DNA of 63,236 nucleotides, filler included, from Dimorphilus gyrociliatus (Eukaryota; Animalia; Annelida), in assembly GCA_904063045.1 (NCBI GenBank). It is 4 parts of 4 records of this genome, joined end to end, with 100 filler letters (N's around TTAATTAATTAA, not from the genome) between each part and the next. Parts side by side here need not be neighbours in the genome. Positions count along the whole stretch, not along the records: positions 28,331 to 55,425 come from CAJFCJ010000246.1; positions 55,526 to 63,236 come from CAJFCJ010000101.1; 2 more parts are not named here. One strand, 5' to 3'. Positions 47,780-61,453 of the stretch are shown here, piece after piece. The notes under the pieces were generated by a model that made no database searches, had not been told where the DNA came from, and saw only the letters and a program-made list of their open reading frames with translations. Position 1 is the stretch's first letter; every line of letters begins with the position of its first letter. A program made the position numbers and the translations under genes.

Positions 47780-50700
47780 ATGACAGAAGAAACTAAAATA
47801 GTTCAGAAATATTGTCCTTTAAGTAAATTAACTGCTGATAATCTGAACAATTTATCAGAAGATTTCTCAAATATACCGCAAAGAAAATATACAGTACAAA
47901 CTGTAACAGAATTTTTAAATCTATTGCAGTTGAAGATTTGTAGTAAAAATGGATACAGCGAAAATTCACCTGGAGCTAGAGGATTACAAATAATTTTTGA
48001 TCGCTTTAAATTTATTTATGATAAGTAAGTAGAAAGAATAAGAGAGAACAACAGCTCTCTTTCCCCTTCCCTCCCGCTCTTCCCTCATCTCTCTACCATT
48101 ATTCAATTACATTATGTAATAAAAAGAATTGTTTTCAATTATCTTACAGTAAAATGTCCGATAATGTTAGTAAATGGAAGCCAATTTGTAAGAAATTAAT
48201 GATAATAATCCTAGCCGTTTACGAAGAGAATTGCGTATCATGCGGTAATATTCCTTTTCTAATGAACTTTTTCGAATTACAAAACTTTGGCGATTATCTA
48301 CAAGTAATCAATAAATATAGTTTTTAATTAATAATTTAAATTAATAACAATTAAACGTCTCTTCTTATCAGAAAGAAATTAAAGAAAATGAGATAAAAAA
48401 GCTTTTAAAAGTTCTTTGTCAGGAGGACATTAAACCTTTGGAAAGCGATCGAAATGTTCAATTATGGTGTGATACGTACGATTCTATAGCTAGAAGATTC
48501 TTTTATGAAATATCGTTAGTATTATTACGTAATAACGATTGTATTGCGTATAAATTCTACTCTTGTACATACAAAATGTAGGAAATCGAAGGATGCTATT
48601 ACAAAATGTAGGCCTGAAATATTGAAAGGATTCTTTATATGGATTGGTAGGATGGCTGAAGATAAAACTACGCAACATTTATCGGCAAATATGATAGTAT
48701 TATTTAGAGATATATCGGAGAATTCCCTACAGAAGAAAGGTGTACATCTTCTCTTCGAAGTAAGATTTTTAAAATTGAACATTCAATAGAAATTTCATAC
48801 GCCTATCCAATTACTTAAGAATTCGGACGGAAACTGTCTAAACAGCTTTGTAACGGAAGTGACAAAACTATTAACTCTTACAAAGTATCCTCCATCGAAT
48901 AAAGTTCACCAAGCTATTCTATTCTTAATAGACCAATGCTACTTTCAATCTATAAAGTGAGTTAAAGCAATAAAGAATCGAAACGAATTTTTCAACGTAA
49001 TCCTTTGTTTCATACAGAAATTCAACAAATTCAAGATTCTTTGCTAAACTCTATGAGTTATATTCGAAATTTGAATATTCATCAAATCGGAAAATTAATG
49101 AATTATTTGCGAATATAAGTGAATATTTTAATGATAAATTATCCTTCGTAAGTATCATTAGATAGAGTAAAGATTTCTTCCTCTTTATCATAATTATCTT
49201 CAATGCAGTTGTCCTATTCTGGAAAATCGACTATAGACACATTTCTAGATAATATAAGGAATATTAAAAATGGCGAACAAGCCAACTACTTTACTATTAT
49301 CTTTAGGGATCATTACTTTAATGATATATTACCAATTCTTAAGTAAGTTGTCTTCAGGGAAAGAAATGAATTTCTCTATCATTTTTTCCATTTTGTTTAT
49401 ACAGGAATGAAAAGAATAAATTAAGACAATTTCTAACCTCAATAATTGAAAATCCTTTCAAGGATATCTGCAAAGAATTCTTTGAAGATTGCGTAGAACG
49501 TTCGCAAATGGTTAATATTCAAGGGGACGCTGATCTATTCTTGATGTCATTTAATTTAATGTACATGTACCAATGGGGTAATAGCAGGGAAGCCAAAGAA
49601 GCATTTGGAGCAATTGGTACAGGATATTGTCAATTAATTAAGTTGGTTTAATATCAACAAACAACAATAATGAATTATTAGTAATTAATTAATTAATTAA
49701 TTAATTTTTAATTAGAAATAATATCGAAATCCCAAAAATAAAGACCTATTTAAACGGCATTGTGGAAAAGGCTTTTGATTTTAATAGCGTCGCTTATCAA
49801 GAGGCTTGTTCTCAATTTTTATACGAATTAGATTGGAAGGTAAAACTAAGATAATATGTTTTTGTCATCTAATATACATTTATCTATTATAGGATGACTT
49901 TAGAACCTTTCATAATATACTGAAAAAACTTCGAAGGAACGTTGAACGAAACGCGAATCTTTTCTATAGTCAAGATTCAATTGTTTGGATGACTCAACTT
50001 CTCATTGAAAAGATGGATGCTTGTAATAGGTAACGTTTTAAGTTATTTTAATTAACCATACCTTTCTATTACCATTTCTCTTCGTAGTAAAAATGAAAGG
50101 TTTAAGGAATTGACGGATAGTTACGGTAATTTATTCAACGCTTGTTACGGTCTTCCGTGGCTATTTGAATTGGATGCTGAAGTATTTTCAAAACACCAAG
50201 TTACAAGCGATTATCAAAGGAGAACGTTACCTGGACAAATTCTAGAAAGTTCTATGAAAAACATTTATCTAAAAGTAAATTTTATGGCAATTTCAATACT
50301 CTTGTAAAAACTAAATAGATTTTCATTTCTCTCATTTAGAATAGAAATTTACACGAATTCATTAAACCGATTGTTGGTTCATTAAATAAGATTAAAAAGC
50401 AGGAAACTGATGAAACTTTACAGGTAATATACAATCAATTCTTACATTTTGATTTATTCCTATTATGTTTAGAAATTGGCGGCAGAAATTTTAGCCAAAT
50501 TACCAGAAAATATGGTACTTTTAAGTGATGATGGAGGCAACGATACAATTACAGAATTTCTAAATACTAAGAATATTGATTTATTAGGTAAATATATTCT
50601 ATATTTGAAGTGAAAGATAAAGTAAAAAATTGATGATTTTCCGTCTTAAGAAACGATTGCGAAAATTTATCCAAGTTGCAGTGATATTATTCATGAGAAT

Positions 50701-53097
50701 CTAGAGTTTTTCATTGAAGTAACCGAAGAGAATACCGAACATTATACATATAGTATGTTACATTTATTGAAAAAAGTAGCCGAACAAGATCCAAGGGAGA
50801 TTAACTCATCAGTTTTTGATTATTTAATAAATTCTCTTAGAATATCTTATGGAACGACGGCTTGTCTAGCTCTTCAGAAGTTGGCTATATCAAAATTCGA
50901 TTTATTCAATGGCTACCATGACAAAATTGAACAGATTGTTAAATCTTATAAGAACGGTGTATTTTATTTACAACTATTGGCTGATTTAAGTCAAACAGCG
51001 GCATTAGGGGAAAAGTACGCTAAAGTTATTTGGGAAATGTTCAAGACGGGAGGTCAAGACTATAGAGCCAATTGTTTATCAGCCCTTCGTAATGTTGCCG
51101 TTAGACAAAGGGAGGCTGTTGAACGTTATAAACATGACATTGAACAATTAAAAACCGACCTAAGTATTAAAGATTGGGTCATGCTCGTTCTAGATGTTTT
51201 GGAAGGTAGATCCTTAGAAAAAGTTTCAAATGACCTCATTGAACAAAGGGAAGATATTGATAACTTGAACGTTAGAGTTACTAATAACGAAGGAAAGATT
51301 GAATATCTCGATAACGAAGTTAAAGACACTAAAGCCGAGATTAAGGTTGTTAAACTAGACGTTCAAGAAACGAAAGAGCGTCTCAGTCAAATGGAATATA
51401 CAATGAAAGGACTCGACGAAAGAGTTGAACAACTCGGCTATATGACTCTTTCCCACGCTCCAGCTTGGTCTCGTCACGTTTCGGACCTAATGAATAATCA
51501 AGCTGATAACGATTGGAGATTACTCGCAATGAAACTTAATTATACAAATGATGATATTCGTAATTGGGCTACTCAGCCAGATCCATGCCTCTCGCTATTG
51601 GACGAATGGTTTGCCACCCACAAAACAAGGGAAGCCACTTTCGCTATATTAAATAATCTTAAAGATATGAATAGATTAGACGCCGTTGAAGTAGTTGAAA
51701 ATGCCCTTGCCGCCGTAAAAGATGTTGTTACTGAGGAAACGGATGAAGTATTTGAAAAGCCCGAAATATTTCTCAGCTATCAATGGGGACATCAACAAGA
51801 GGTGAAATTATTAAAGAAACACCTGGAAATGGCAGGATTTAAAGCGTGGATGGATATTGGTCAAATGGGTGGTGGAGATAAACTATACGCAAAAATAGAC
51901 GATGGTGTTCGATCGGCAAAAGTCATCATTAATTGTGTCAGCGAAAAATACGCTCAATCGGCAAATTGTTGTAGAGAAGTTAATCTATCAACTAATCTTG
52001 GTAAACCAATGATCCCTTTACTTATGGAACAGCTTTCCTGGCCTCCTCCAGGACCAATGGGTCCTATAATGTCTGAATATCTCTATATCAAATTTTTCAA
52101 ATCCAACGACGTTGAAAAGGATAATAAAGTATTTTGGATGTCGGCAAAGTTTCAAGAACTACTTATGCAATTGAGATACTACGCAGCTCCCGACGTTGAA
52201 CTCATTAAGAAGGATTCTCTCTATTACGGTTGGATGACTCCACCGGAAGAAGTGATTGTAATTCCCGATAGAAAGCAGAAAGTTGGAAATAATAATTCTA
52301 AGAAAGAAGAGAAAACCGTAGAAAACGAAAAAAGTCCCGACGTTTTCATATCTTATCAATGGGATAAACAAGAACAAATTAAACGTCTTTATAAGAAACT
52401 TACCGAAATGGGATATCATTGTTGGTTGGATATTATGCAAATGGGAGGAGGTGATTCGCTATTTGATAAAATTGATAAAGGGATAAGAGGCGCTAAAATT
52501 GTCGTATCGTGTGTAACTAAAAAGTACGCTTTGAGCGTCAATTGTAAAAGAGAAGTTTCCCTATCATCCGCCTTGAACAAACCGATTATACCTCTTCTAT
52601 TAGAAAATATGTCTTGGCCACCGGAAGGTCAAATGTCAATGATATTTACTCAACTGTTGTACATAGGATTTCATAAAAAAGAAAATTCAAGTTTGTGGCA
52701 AGGAGATGAATTTGATCAATTAACGTCTAAGATTGATACAAACATTACTCCGTCCAACGATATTAACGATGAAGACGAGCTTGATAATTCTCAGGAAACT
52801 AAACAAACTGTTGTGGAAGCAGCGAAAACGGGTAGTTTAAAGGAAAGTAGTGAAAAGAGGAAAGAAGTTAAAAATAAAATGAACGAAAAGAAGAAGGACG
52901 AAGAAGTTGAGAAGAGAAATGCCGAGAGAGAGAGAGAAGAGAAGAGAAATGCCGAAAGACAAAGAGAAGAGAAGAGAAATGAAGAAAATAAAATGAACAA
53001 CGAAAGAAAGGTTGCAAAAAAGGAGAATGAATCATCAACAAGAAGAGAAGTGGATAATCCACCTCCGAAGAAATCTTCAACTTGTACTATATTATAA
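47780..53097 (+). CDS. Helical-repeat / coiled-coil / Death / TIR / TIR / CaaX protein, copy 2 (terminal 780-aa exon intact)
   Basis: Short-intron 5' exons from [10 protein letters not shown]. Death domain [11 protein letters not shown]...PCLSLLDEW...AT...L..MNRLDA (~51460-51700). TIR1 IFLSYQW...WMD...SANCCREV; TIR2 VFISYQW...WLD...SVNCKREV. C-terminus [10 protein letters not shown]. Confidence 0.92.
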
Positions 53098-53540
53098 ATT
53101 GAAAGTATAAAACATGACAAAACGTAACTTTCGAGCTTAAAGTTAAAAATGAACGATCTCAGCGATTGTTTAATACGATTTCTATATGTTTCTCTAACCT
53201 TATTAAAGACTTTCCTATCCGTTTTGAATATATTAAAAACGTGGCTTAAACGTTGAGTGGGAGTTGGGGAATTGAAAGAGAGTTTAATGATTGATTAATT
53301 CTTTCATAAATTGCTATTGCAGTACAAATGTTTGGTTGTCATATTTTCTAAATAGACGTAATAAGAACATTAAAAGTATACTCAATTAATTAAAATAGGT
53401 TTATATGATTGTCATAAATACATAAAAGATATAAGTACTAATATTTATTCCCCTTATACTACAATTTAGATGTTAAAATATCAAGATAATGCAGATAAAA
53501 TTGATGAACTATCGCTTGCTTAAAACTTGTATTTATTCCT

Positions 53541-53579
<39 letters not shown>

Positions 53580-53710
53580 CAACATCCAACACCGTAAATC
53601 AGCAAATGATACAAAACAGGGAAAAGGTAGGGGGAGGGTCGGATAAATTCTAAAATGAACATTTTAAACTATGCCAAAATGCTGAGGGAAGATTGATATC
53701 TGGAATTCTT

Positions 53711-54591
53711 TCAGTTTACTTCATTATTCATCTTTACAAAGAATATGGATCCTACGTTATCTATAGGATCTTTAACTGATTTTTGCAAGTAACAGATATC
53801 ATTGGTTATGGTAAAAGCCGCACAGGTAACAGACTTTTTACATTCGTCGAAACACTGTTGAAAATCATCATTTTCAACCGTAATCCTTTTCAACTCTTCG
53901 CCTCGATTTGCTTCAAAGTTTCTCTTTTCAAAATCTTTATGATCGAAGAATGCTGTAAGGGAATAATTGTTTTTGTATATTTAACGAGAAGAAAACTGGT
54001 AAAGAGTGGACCTTTTTTATCTTTAATATAGAAAACGTTGTGGGGTCGGGAAGTAAACTCTTCGTAAGATTTAATCTTATCTTTCAACCAGCACATTTTC
54101 CTTACAGTATTGAATGAGAATGAAACGCAATTGGATAGAGTATTGCAGGTATTTACGCAACGATCTAGAAGGGTATTGTTAATAGTTTAATATCATCACC
54201 AGCCGAGCATAGTTGATCGACAGCAAAGTAATTTTTAGCAATAACTGAAATATAATTGAATTAATAGAAGAAACAATTGACAATATTTTTATATAATTAC
54301 TATTTTCGTGTCTGATGAAAAGACTTATGTCATTGTTTGGTTGTTGTAGTGATTTATCAAGACTATCATGTAAGTAGCACCTTTGCGTCTTTCGTCAAAC
54401 GTAATTGCCTTTGACATATACGACCTTTGAGCGTAGACCATACAAGCGTTAAGGTTTGAAACTCTATAAACTGCAATATGCTTAGTGATTTCGTCTTTGG
54501 AACTTTTGTAAATCCAAAATATTCATCGTCAGCTAAAGTTAGAAAAGGTAAGTAGTTTAATTATAAATATAGATATGTAAATATTTTCCAT
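53711..54591 (-). CDS. Secreted PAN/apple-domain repeat protein (multi-exon, frameshifted)
   Basis: CFDECKKSVTCAAFTITNDICYLQ, CWLKD and ACMVYAQRSYMSKAITFDERRKxCYLHD are three PAN-like C..C...F.....CYL units; hydrophobic N-terminus. Confidence 0.55.
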
Positions 54592-55425
54592 GATTACATT
54601 TGGCGTATTGAAATATTCCAATTATTACAAAAATACCAAGTTTAATGAAAAGTTCCATATTCAATATTGTTGAAATTTGAATAGTTTTTAAAAAGTGAGA
54701 TTTCTTAGTTATGCATTTTATGTTTGCATTATATATATATATACATTTTGAACGTTCAAAAAACTATTAAACAGCCGCTTTTAACTAGCAAATAAACTTT
54801 TTTCTTTGTTTTCCCTCTGCGAATTTATTATACGATTATTACTTTTGTATTTTATTCATTTATTACCTTTTTCAAAAATTTATTCTCATTTTTTGCAGTC
54901 GAAATTAAAACTTGAAACTAAAAGTTTCTCTGCAAAGGGTAAAACAATGTTATTGTTGTTCTTGAATAAAATTCCCATGTAAGTTAATGAATCGGGGTGT
55001 TTTTTGACATAAAACGTCTTCTTCTAGGCTCAAGACAAACGAAAAGTAAAAATTTATTGAAAAAAACGTATACATTTAACAGATCAATTATAATTTTATA
55101 AATAATTAAAGGAAGATTATAGGACTACATACTTTTCGACGCGCAATATGACTAATATGAATAAAATAGAAGTATTCTATAGAAAAACATATTTATTTGT
55201 GGTTATATTTTTAAATATCATTTGACTGTGAATTGCTGACTAAATAATTCAATTCAAAACTTTATGAATAATATATGTTGTATGGTGTGGAATATTACAC
55301 CGAAACGTTAATATTCATGGCAGTTTTTATATATATATAGTCGAATAGTTGACAGAATGGAAAGAAAATGTATAAATTAAAAGTATAAAAATGTGGATAT
55401 TCTACTTTAGCAATGTAATGAATTG

Positions 55426-55525
55426 NNNNNNNNNNNNNNNNNNNNNNNNNNNNNNNNNNNNNNNNNNNNTTAATTAATTAANNNNNNNNNNNNNNNNNNN
55501 NNNNNNNNNNNNNNNNNNNNNNNNN
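55426..55525. other. Artificial scaffold-joining spacer
   Basis: 44N-TTAATTAATTAA-44N. Confidence 0.97.
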
Positions 55526-56056
55526 CTTTTAGTACTTTAGAAAGAACTCTATTTTGTAAGAAATAGACTCTTTGACTGTAACAGATGGTGGCTACTTGGG
55601 GAATTAACAAAGGAACAAAGAACATGGAAAAGATGCAGGTCAAACACCAGATGCTGATGAGACAGGCCTGTTTGCTGTGACACATGTTTGGCATGTGGCC
55701 CTAATCTTAGGATTATATTTTATATGTGTGATATAACAGTCTTTCATATTTTTGTTACATGAGAATTATGAGACTGTCAGATTTCAACTTTGTAATCCTT
55801 TGACCACTTGAACCCAAGCTTTGGAAATGTATAAAAGGAAATGCATTTCCTCAGCTTGTCAGTTCAGTTCTTTAACCATTAACTGGTTGTTTAAACTTAC
55901 TTGTTTAGAACTAGAAACTCATTTACTCAATACATATTCTTTGGACGAAATACTGGTATTTTGTTGAATTATTTCTACCGAAATTACATTTGTTAAGACT
56001 ATTTGTGGACGAACTTGAAAGGTTCTAATTGGACCAGTACTTTGGTAAATTGATAA

Positions 56057-57440
56057 ATGATTGGAAAGGACAAATACTGTTCTGAAGAAGCAGAAATTCC
56101 TACAATTACAATACAACAAAGTACAAATATGGCGCAGTCGAGAGCCCACAATTCAACTTTAAGGAATGATATTTTGGTTTATGAAAGTGACAAAACCAGA
56201 GCAAAGGAAATAGATGAGTATCTCTCTAAAATAAATGAATTAATGTTGAGAATTAAGGGTAGTGGAGCCAAAGTTGATGGTAATAGCTTTTTGAAATACC
56301 ATTCATCAACTGGGGCAGCTACAATTCCTGAAGGTATGGCAAACCCTAGTCCTACTCAACCAAAATTCAGTAACTCTGGTATTCATGAAAATGTTTTGGA
56401 AAAGACAATATCAAGTCTTTTAATTGATGCTCATGAGAAACCTAATACTACTTTGCTGAGACCCTATTCTGGTAGCAAAGATACTTGGTCCTTTAAGAGG
56501 AACTTTCAGACAGCTTGTGAATTAAACCTTTAGGACACAGAGGAGAAAAGAATTCGAATGCTGAGAAAATACACTACTGGAAGAGCCAGAGATGTTATTG
56601 AAAGCTTACCCTCCATGGCAAATGAAAATGAAATTTGGGATGCATTGGATGAAGAATTCAATCCAGATCCTATGGCTTTCAAAAAAGATATTGATAGATT
56701 GAGACAGTTTAATGATGAAACTGTTCAAAGTTTTATTAGAAGAAGTAAAGAACTTTTGGAAAAATTCCTACCATTCAATAATACAGAAATGGCTTGTGTT
56801 ACACAAAGGGTTAGAGAGCTTCAACTGTTAACTGTATTCAGGAATGGTCTTAAAGGAAAAATTGTTAATCATGTGGAAAAAGATGGAAAAATTAGCTCAG
56901 TGGACCAGTATATTAAACTGGCAAAAAGAGCAGAGCTTTTTTTTCAACAATGCAAGGAAAGAAGATGAAAAGGAATTCAAACAATTTAAAAGAAGATTTG
57001 ACAATAACCCAATTAATCCAAACATAAATTTTACCCAAAATAGATTTCAACCACATCAAAGAATGGGAAACACAGCAATGGAAAGAGGCACATTCAACAG
57101 ACTAATACATACTGAACCTGATAAACCAAATGAAAGAGAAACTTCTAAAGGAACAATGGCAATCTTTAACCTTAAAGAGGACAAAATTGCACATTTCAAG
57201 TGCACCTCTCAAGTAAAAGGCAGAGATGATTTTCAGTTTAGAATGAAGAACCACAATGGAAGAGAAGTCATTGCATTATGTGATACAGGAGCCCTTATGT
57301 CCTTTATTACAGAAAAAGAAATCAAGTTAATGGACCATAAATTCATTAAGATAGAAACCACTGACTTACCAATCATCACTTCAGCAGATGGAAAAGCTTT
57401 AAAGACTAAAGGAAAAGCAAGATTGAACATCCAGTTTGCA
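56057..57440 (+). mobile_element. Ty3/gypsy LTR-retrotransposon remnant (gag plus aspartic protease), 3'-truncated
   Basis: RPYSGSKDTWSFKRNF...LRKYTTGRARD...LDEEF...LRQFNDETVQSFIRR...FRNGLK (Retrotrans_gag, in-frame TAG at 56531) and ALCDTGALMSFI...ITSADG (protease). Possible PBS TGGCGCAGTCG at 56130. Confidence 0.85.
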
Positions 57441-58974
57441 GTTGTCCTGCATACATATTACAAAAGGGATCAAAGTTCATTGTAAAAAATGAAAATCATC
57501 TTCATAAATTGCATAAAAACATAGAAAGTGTTCTTCAATCAAGAATGGACTTGAAAGAAATGGCAACTGGTGACAATGGAAAAACTGGTAAAAGAATAGC
57601 AGAAGATATTATCCTTAAATTTAAAGACTTGCCAGAACTAGAATCATTAAGAAGAAAAGCTTCTAGATATAAAGAGAGTAAAAGACCAAAGCATCCAAGA
57701 CATTTAGATTTTGAAATAAATCTGGATGAAATTCCAATTGATTTCTTATTGAGAGATATAAAAGAAAAGAAAAATGGTTGTATTATGTTTGGCACAAATC
57801 ATCAAATAGAATTACTGGAATGTTGTAAAATTTGGTTCATTGATGCAACTTTTAAAGTTGTCAGAGATCCATTTTATCAACTGTTTTCAATTCATGGATT
57901 CTTGAAAAAACATGATGAATATCAACAGGTTCCATTGGTCTATGTTCTGATGAGTAGCAGGAAGAAAAGCTGTTATATTGCTGTACTGCAGGTTTGAGAT
58001 ATTTCAGTATTTTAATCACTTTTAATTTATCATTTTTCATTTGAAAATAGGAGATAAGAAAATTAATCAATGATAAAACTCCCAGAAAATGTGTGCTTGA
58101 TTATGAAAAGGCTATATGGATGGCACTTAAAGAGCAATTTCCCAATTCTGACCTTCAAGGATGCTCTTTTCATTTCAAACAAGCAGTTTTTAGGAACATA
58201 CAGGTAGATTAAACAATCATATAAAGAAAATAATTAAATACTTATTTTATTACAAAGTTGGATACATTACTGATTGTAAAGAAAATGGGTACAAAGGAAA
58301 AATGTTACGAAAATTGATGTGTTTGCATATCTGCCTTCAAATTTTATTGAACAAAAGTTTGTCCAACTAAAAGAAGAACTTTGTGAAAAGAAATTGTTTA
58401 CAGATTTGCTTGAATATATAGAACTAACATTCATTAAAAGCAGTACTTGGCCTCAATTCTGGTCTGTTTATCAATTAATTGTGAGAACAAACAATCATGT
58501 TGAGGCATGGCATTCCAGACTCAACAAAAATTTGAAAATAAATGAGAACTTTTATTCTCTAATAAAAGAATTGAGAAGAGAAGCTGAATTAGTAGAGATC
58601 TTTGAAAAGTTATTTTCTGAAAAAAAGTTGAGAAAAATACAGAAGAAGAAGTATAAAGATTTACAATTTAAAATATTCCAGTTGTGGAGTAAATTTGAAG
58701 AAAGAGAACTGAGTTTGGATGAATTATTGGATAGACCTGTTGATTTAAATATCTGTTAAAATTTGTTATTTCTTGTTCTGCATTTTAGTTATTAAACTTA
58801 ACACTTGTTACTATTTGTAAATTAATATAATTGTTCACAAAATAAAAATTATATTTGTCATATTAATCAATTCATAAGTACTAAAGCTATCTTCAAGTGA
58901 GACACAATGCCTTTAGTATGACTACCTTAGAATGGGCCGAAATGTCAAAAAGTGGGCTGAACTGTCCTGACCCC
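57441..58974 (+). mobile_element. 5'-truncated MULE transposase with two short introns and a 3' TIR
   Basis: CPAYI...NH, RPKHPRHLDFEI, WFIDATFKV (D), LDYEKAIW (D), GCSFHFKQAV, RTNNHVEAWH (E); end GAACTGTCCTGACCCC. Confidence 0.88.
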
Positions 58975-59610
58975 ATTTACTTTATACATTATTGAATAAG
59001 AGAAATCAAACAGTCAATTTTATTGATAAATCATGCTTTGTAATTAAGGTTTGTAGAAGAGTCAAAAAACATTTAAATACACTACATTAGACAAAAAAGG
59101 TAGAATAAAACATCTTAAATAAATCATTGATTGCTTATGAACATATATTTCATTTTAACCTTAAAAAAATACTTTTTATTAAAATTCCATCTTCCTTCTG
59201 CTAAGTGAAAATAGAAAAGGAAGTTGATCTTTTCTATTTTCACAGCAGAAGATTTCCAGCAATCATACATTTTTTAAAATTTTGTCAAAAGTGTGAATTA
59301 AAAAATCTTTTTGTTACTATAAACAGATATGTGAAAGTCTTTTGTCATTTAGTAAATGTATTGTTTTTTTTGTGGATATTTTCTGTCTCTTTGTGGATGT
59401 CATGAACCTTAAGTTGAAGTTTATTATTTTTCCTTTTCTTATTAAAGAAGTAATATAAGAAAATTGGGTTTTCAAGAACAGATCCAATTTTTGATCTGGA
59501 ACTTGTATGGAATATTTTCAAAACACTGAAAGTTGATTCCACACTGACCTGTGATTATGGTACAAACAGGACCACACTAGAGAGCTTATGGAGTTTTGAA
59601 AATAAATTTT

Positions 59611-60543
59611 CTATTTTATCCCAAATGTCCATTTTTTTTGCATTATAATCAAATTTTGCCTAAAATTGTCTGTATTTTGTGATTTCGCCTTTAAGAGAAA
59701 GGGATCTGGACAGTTGACCCATATTATAAATATGGATGTTGTCAAAATCTTTTTTCTATTCATTAAGTAATCAATTTTTTGATAATTAATTCGCACTTTT
59801 AGTGCGCAATTGAGTGCAAGATGTGCAAGACAGGTTATGTGATCGACATTTACATAGAAATTTTTTAATAGAATCACATCTTCCATTATGCAAGGTGCCG
59901 CATCACTGGTCAATAGTAAAACGTTCAATGTATTTCTTAAATTCATAGTTTTCTTAAGAAGGTCAGTTATGGATGCACTATTAACTGGTCCTGGGACATA
60001 ATAAATATTCAAGGTATAAATCTCACTAGGATTTGCTATGTCTCCTCCTAAAACTGCAACATACCTTTATTGATTTATTTTGGATTTGTCAAACACAAAA
60101 AAGATGTTTCTATTCAAAATTTTATCAGTCACTGCCAGCATAATCTTAGATACATATTTGCCTAAGATATATCATCACATATCACATCTAACAGTACTCC
60201 TAGATTGCAGAGGATGATTTATGTATTGAAATAATGTTTGTGTATCTGAATTTAGTAATTTTTAAAGCAGAATGTCTTATGAGGTGAGCGCCCTCATTAA
60301 TAGATAAATAAATTCATCTTTTCTTGGAGTCAGGAATGTCTGGCTGTTTTTGCTTTCATTTGCTGTAGACAATCGGCTTTGATGTTTGTTTGTTGCTCTG
60401 TGTTCATCTACTACAGATTTGTGATTGGGATTAATTTCTTTAGCACATATATTACAATACAATTTGCAATTCACAGATAGCACAAATTCTCGAGGATATA
60501 TTTGCATATACAGTATGGGCAGTAAGTCACTGTTACACCTCAA
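59611..60543 (-). mobile_element. Decayed hAT-related (DUF659 / CGGBP1-like) transposase
   Basis: LYCNICAKEINPNHKSVVDEHRATNKH (BED-like C2H2), LLLTSDAAP, HITCLAHLALNCA. Confidence 0.65.
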
Positions 60544-61453
60544 AAAAATGATATTTTCTTGATTTTTTCTCTTTCCGTACTTAAAGAATGAAAATGAAGG
60601 ATATTATTATGTACAACTTTGGTTGTATTTTACATGCTTGAACTCTATTATTTTATGCAACATATACATGTACATCTTAAAACCTACGCAAGAAAATGCT
60701 ATAACATTGGCCAAACATAAGTCTGATTAGTCAGCTTGATGGGTCATCTTTAATTACCAATAAAGGTTTGGCCAAGTTATAATTTAATTAACTTGCCTAG
60801 GGTGTGGCCAAGTTATAATTCAATTAACCTTCCTAAATGTTGAACCTTGTAACATCCTCTTACTAAAGATAAATATGAACTACACATTTTGGCAACTGTA
60901 AAGTGATGATTGGATGTCAGAGACAAACCTCAAAGTATATAAATCCTCACTATTCTCATTTGGCATGCAGCTTCCATCTGGACCCAAGGACCTGGGAAAA
61001 TCATCTGGAAACAACCTCCACTGGAACCATCCATCTACTCCTCAACATTGGAAGACAGTTTGGTAATTTGGCAACCTGCTTTTACAAACTATCTACTCTG
61101 CTATCGAACTCTCATATTGTTACTTGCTTAAGTATTATTATTGCGAATAAACCGTTTTAATTTAAACATTTGTTTAAAGGTTCGAGTAGAACCAGTATTG
61201 TTATAACTTGCAAACGCATAGATTTTGCCAGCAAGAGCGGTACAATTATATTTAGTAATATTCTTCTTATCATTGTAGAGAGAAAATATACATTTTTCAT
61301 TTCAAATCTCTGAATTATTGATATTTTAATGTGGTAGGCCTATTTTCAATGGGAGCATAAGTACTTGTTACAATCACAAAAATTACTCTAAAAGAATATT
61401 AAAAGTATTTTTTTGTTCTTATTTTGACTGTTATTTACAGGATATTATATTTT

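Noticed and set aside
60900-61080. RTE-like LINE fragment (TNLKVYKSSLFSFGMQ)
   Set aside because: Too short and degenerate to support a call.
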